A stretch of 64,000 bases of DNA from Raillietiella orientalis. Lineage: Eukaryota. The translations under genes were made by a program, and so were the position numbers. Of the stretch, positions 59,399 to 64,000 are shown piece by piece (positions within the stretch are counted from its first letter, which is position 1; each line of letters starts with the position of its first letter). The notes beneath the pieces were generated by a model. It ran no database searches and was not told the DNA's origin. It saw nothing but the letters and a program-made list of their open reading frames with translations. The stretch is taken from the NCBI GenBank assembly GCA_036172245.1, contig JAYWIR010000004.1, forward strand, positions 5,208,001-5,272,000, read 5' to 3'.

Positions 59399-62300
59399 CT
59401 GGTGAGCAGTGATGAATAAATCAGTGTATTTCCACACAGAGCACCGATTTTGTTTTTCGTCAGTACGGATTTCATCTTACGTTCGAAAACGAAAAGATCG
59501 TCGCTCCACAAACACTCGCTTTGGTGTATCGTCGCAGCAGCTGTTTGAGTATCAAACACCAAACCACATTCGCATTCACTTTCGGGAGCACATGGTCACC
59601 AGAGCAACGCAACGCGAGTAAGTCATGGCAAAAACTCCAGCTGATACGAGGAATGCCTTGCCATCTTAAAGGTCCCATGACAGAAGCAATGGAATGCCAA
59701 GCATTGTGTCAGAGTGGGCGAACGCCAGCTAAAAGCGTCGACTTTCCAACCAAACACGCCAGCAATTTGATTCTCTTTTTCTCGGGGTTCACCAGTGCCC
59801 TAGGCTAAAGGTAAATCTATTCATTGGCATAGCAGAGGCGTCATTATTTTTTACAGCTAGCGGATACATCGGAAACGAAAGGAAAAAAAAAAAAAAAAAG
59901 AAGTATCGCAGAGAATTTTGTGTGTTCCTGAAATTTGATTTAATTCGTGAAGGCGAACCCGGAGTGTTTTCCTTCTCCTTCCTCGAAGATCGAGTCTTGC
60001 GTTTTGAAGACTCAATTAAAAATATCTTGGTCGTAACTCGGATCTCTTTTGTTATCAGCATGCTGTTTTCGACGAAAGCAATCTTTGAAGGCATCTACAC
60101 GTCTTGCTGAGAAGAGAAAAACGCAAGCAGAGGGGAAGGAAGGAAGGAAGGAAAAAAAAAAAAAAAAAAACTTTGGAGACGTTGCCTCGGGAGCTCGCAA
60201 AAGAAGTTCTTATCGTGGCGACGGTCGGGAACAACAGCGGCGACGGGAGACGGCGTCCTTCTTCCAAGAAAATTTCCGCTTCGCGGGCAGCCGAGCAAAG
60301 CGGCGGCGATTCCGCCCCGCGTTTCGTTTTCTTCCCGGATCGGATGACTTCCCGCAGGCTTCTTGCGCGGAAGAATTCGCTGGAGAGGCGACGTTCCGTC
60401 CGGACACCAATATGGATTAGCGTGGTATTCAATCAGCGCTAATGACCTCCCCGGCTAAATTACAAATTGCTCTAATGCCAAGAAACTCCTCGCAATCGGG
60501 TTACGCGCGCAGCTCGCTGCGATTGGTCGGGAGCCACCGACGCACCCAGGACGCGCCCGCCTCGCCACGCAGCGGAGGGGAAGAGGATCCGGGAATCGGA
60601 CGTCGACGGCGGCCGACAGACGTCGGTTCCGCCGCGTCCTGCTCTCCCGGAACGCATGACGCACGTCCAGTGTGTACAGAGAGCGGTTACTACGGTTACT
60701 GTTGTCCGAAATGCCGGGGAGCGCAGAAGAATAAATATTTTTTCCCCCATTTCTCCGTCTCCATGGGTGGTGGGGGACCTCCGTACCCAGGAAGTTCCGT
60801 TTCCCGGCGAGGAGGCATCGACTCTTTCCACTTTGCGATCATGTACAGAAACGCGTTAAATCACAGCATCCCAGCAACTTTTATGTCTTCTCCCTTGGTA
60901 TTGATTTATTGAAAGCATAAATATTATATTCCGCTCAACAATGGGCGGGACGCTTGGCATAGTTGCCGCTTGGGAGCGCTCCGCGCGCGCCCGTCCACCT
61001 CGCCCGCTTGCGCGTGTGACGCGCAGCAAACCCGCGCAGGCAGCCGGGTCCATCCTCGAAGGCCGCGTGCTTGGGAAACGAGCTTGTGCGCGCGTGTGAC
61101 CGAAAGGAGACACGCTGACCCTCCTCCCCCCCCCCTCCCCCTCGGCTTTAGCTTTCTTTCTTTTTTTTCGTTTTTGCGACATCGGGAGGCCACGTGGACG
61201 GTCCGACTGCCTGTGGCAGAGGCGGCGAAATTTATTAGCCTCTCGACGGTACGAACTGTAAGCGTCCGTCGGGCTCACGTCAGCTGAGGCGGGAAATGGA
61301 TCATCCGACTCCGATCCGCGCGTTTGAGGTCGACCGAAAATGAGGCTGCAGATGCGAGAGGCAATGAAAAATCCTGTCACAAGAGTCCCCGCTTCCGCTG
61401 GCGGCGGCCAGCATCCGCGAGCGTGTGGGGAAATCCCCGGGCGAACTGTCGAAACGCCTCGAGTCTGCGGGCGCCCAGGAACACTGGGCGCACTTCCGAT
61501 TACCATAAACACTTCTTCTAAGCAGGCAGGTGCCGGAGTGGCGAGGTGGTCCGAAGACGCAAAGCGGTCACGGCTGCTTCCCGTGGTCCCCGCGATCGCT
61601 CGCGTTTCTCATTCCACGTGGGGAAAAAAAAAAAAAAAAAAAAAAAAAAACAAGCAGGGAGACGTCAGACAAACAAAAGCGGAGGGATCGGAGGCGGCTG
61701 GGCCCCGCATCGGTTTTCACCACGGGTGCACCTGGAGGACGCGTGGGTGCGGGAGCCAGCGGGCGCGGGGATCGTTTCATCTGTCGGGATGGTGATGTAC
61801 ATTCGCTCCGAGGAAAGCGCGGTTCCTGCACTCGAGCGCGCAGTCTTTTGTCGTGTACACGTACAAGACAGAGCAACGCCGCCATGTACACGTCATAGCG
61901 CCATTTGCAGCGAGCGCGCGCTGGCCACACACACACACACACAGTCGATTTTCCCTTCTTCAAAAAGCTTTAAGGTGTTTTTTTTTTTGTTGTGGTTGTT
62001 GTGGTTGTTGTTATTGTGAAACAAGAATCGGTTTCTTTGCGGACATTTTGTTTTGCTGAGGAAACCCAGCGTGCCGAGGCCACGAACTCGAGCGATCCAC
62101 TCTGACTGACGTCGCCACATTAACCTGGAAAAAAGCAAAAGAAAAAAAAAAAAAAAAGAAAAGAAGTGCTACTTGGAACGGTACTTCTGTTTCTTGCACG
62201 TCGCAGGCAACGACGGCGGCCGCGTGCCATGTCCTCGGGACTGTCGAAGTCCCCTCCGAAGGTTCGCTCTTCAAATCACTACTACCACTACTACTATTCT

Positions 62301-62783
62301 CAAATTCGGATCTAACACCCCCCCCCCCTCCAACAGACAGGTACATTCTTTCTCTCCCCCCCCCTCCCTCCTCTCTTCGCTCCTCCTATTCGAGAGAGAG
62401 AGAGAGGAAAAAAAAGAAGAATGCAATAAAAATCAACCGAGGCATTCCAAGCAAACTGAAACGTTCCGGATGGCGACGGGAAAAGAAAGAAAAATGACAC
62501 AGCGTGGTCCGTGAAAAGGCTGATGTGTTGGGCGCTCCAGCCCGCACCACTCCGGGACAGGGAGAGCAGGGATTTCGCGCGCGGGTGGTGGTGGTGGGGG
62601 AGACCATTTGAAAACGCTGCGTTTTCTGAGGAGCGGGAGGAGGGGGAGGGAGGGAAAAACGCTTCCTTTTCCCCTTCTTCCCCTCTGCCTCCCGGGGGAC
62701 TCTCGCTGATTGCATGCTCGCCCGCTAGGTACGCGCCTCGGACGGCGCGCGAACCGCATCGGTTCGCGACGGTGCACACTCGA

Positions 62784-62811
62784 GTGTGTGTGTGTGTGTG
62801 TGTGTGTGTGT
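62784..62811. repeat. (GT)n microsatellite
   Basis: About 14 uninterrupted GT units. Confidence 0.95.
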
Positions 62812-64000
62812 TGCGCGAATCCGGAAGAAGCCAACACGCACACAAATTAAGTGGACGCTCTGGGGATTTCTCCCCGCATCACTCCATTTTCCATGTGGCC
62901 CGCGATTCTTTTTTCCCTGCTTTCCGAAGCGGGCGCTTTGGGGGAGGGAGGGGGGGGGGAGACCATGTGACGTCAAAGAATGGCTGCGTTCGCGTAGCTG
63001 CGCTCCGAGGCGGTGATTACCGTTCTCAATATCGAAGCAAAATACAATTTGTTTTCTTTTGCAGAATTGAGCTTTGCTGTCATGTAGGCTGCGATCAATT
63101 TATTAGTTCATCTCTTTGTATAAATCCTATCTGTTGAGAGCTCTCTCTCTCTCTCTCTCTTTTTTTTTTTTTTTTGTTTGTTTCTTTTTTGCACCTCTTT
63201 ATAAATTTCAGCACCTTTTTTTTTTTTTTTTTTGCTCCCGTGGTTGTCTTCGTCGCGCAAGCTCAATGCGTCGCAGATGTTGTTGAGCACGAAAAAGAGG
63301 AAGCAGCAGCAGCAGAAGAGGAAGAAGACGCGTTTTTTTGCACTCGTCACCTACCAGGCACGCACGCACGCGCGCGAAATGGCGGTGACGTCACTCGATT
63401 GTTGGGGAAAGGAGGGAGGGAAGAGGAGGGGGGGGGGGGTGCCAGCTTCGTGCCGCCGCCCTCAGCGGCGTGCGCATCGCTCTCGCCCAAGTCATCGCTG
63501 CATTTTTGCTTTTTCTCTCCCCGGAGCTCGGAGGTTCCGCAGGAGGTTTTTCCCCGCTTCCCCAAAATTCATCTCCGCATCTTCCTCCGCCTCGTTTCGC
63601 GTCGCTCCTGCGCTGCTCGGAGCAGGGCACGGGACCGGCTGCCATGTCGTTGCCCGACTTTCGTTTTCCGGCGCGCGGAGCAGCTCGGGTGGGGTGGGCG
63701 GGGGAGGCGCAGCGAAGTGCCACGCGTTCGGAGCGGCGCTTTCGTATCGATCGGCCCGCGTTCTCGGCATTCCCGAGGTCCGGTCGAGGCCACCGCCGCC
63801 GCCTCGCGGGGCGAAACCGGCGCCGCGGCCCCTGGGGGCAAAGCACGAAGGCGGGTGGCATCGACGCCCTCTCCCCCTCCCCCTCCCCTTCCCGCGCATC
63901 GGGAGCACCGCCGTCCGCCCATCCCCGTTTCCGGATGTTGCGCAAGCCGGTTCGGTCACCTGGCACCCCGTCCGCCCCCGCAAGCGGCGCTCCGCCCAGG

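Noticed and set aside
63347..63565. Candidate FBXL7 first coding exon ending in a phase-2 donor (GGTAG|GTGACG)
   Set aside because: The phase fits the 59398 acceptor, but the frame has no ATG and no FBXL7 similarity; it cannot be supported without transcripts.
1..64000. CRISPR array, rRNA or prokaryotic defence system
   Set aside because: No regularly spaced repeat-spacer units or rRNA signatures were seen, and the window is spliced eukaryotic DNA.

Overview
Eukaryotic (metazoan, probably arthropod) genomic DNA; it is not prokaryotic, and no CRISPR, rRNA or convincing tRNA was found. There are three host genes. (1) couch potato/RBPMS (cpo) lies on the minus strand, with two tiny coding exons (25598-25663 and 1391-1468) separated by a 24,129-bp AT-rich intron; the gene continues off the left edge. 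(2) A TMEM169-like gene lies on the plus strand (main exon 55147-55884). (3) FBXL7 lies on the minus strand (55982-57713 plus a candidate upstream micro-exon) and converges on TMEM169, with only 97 bp between the stop codons. Between the cpo 5' end and TMEM169 is a ~22-kb, sharply GC-rich island (~26.5-48.8 kb) containing broken, nested L1/Tx1-type non-LTR retrotransposon pieces in both orientations: a triple-CCHC ORF1, APE endonuclease, RT and C-terminal zinc finger. The clearest structural oddity is a 647-bp 5'-truncated LINE copy inserted antisense into a relative, almost at its own homologous position, with a 13-bp target-site duplication, no poly(A) tail and a conserved AATAAA plus terminal stem-loop. 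Most long ORFs in the supplied track over the GC island look like artefacts of composition. Protein family calls rest on remembered motifs, not database searches.
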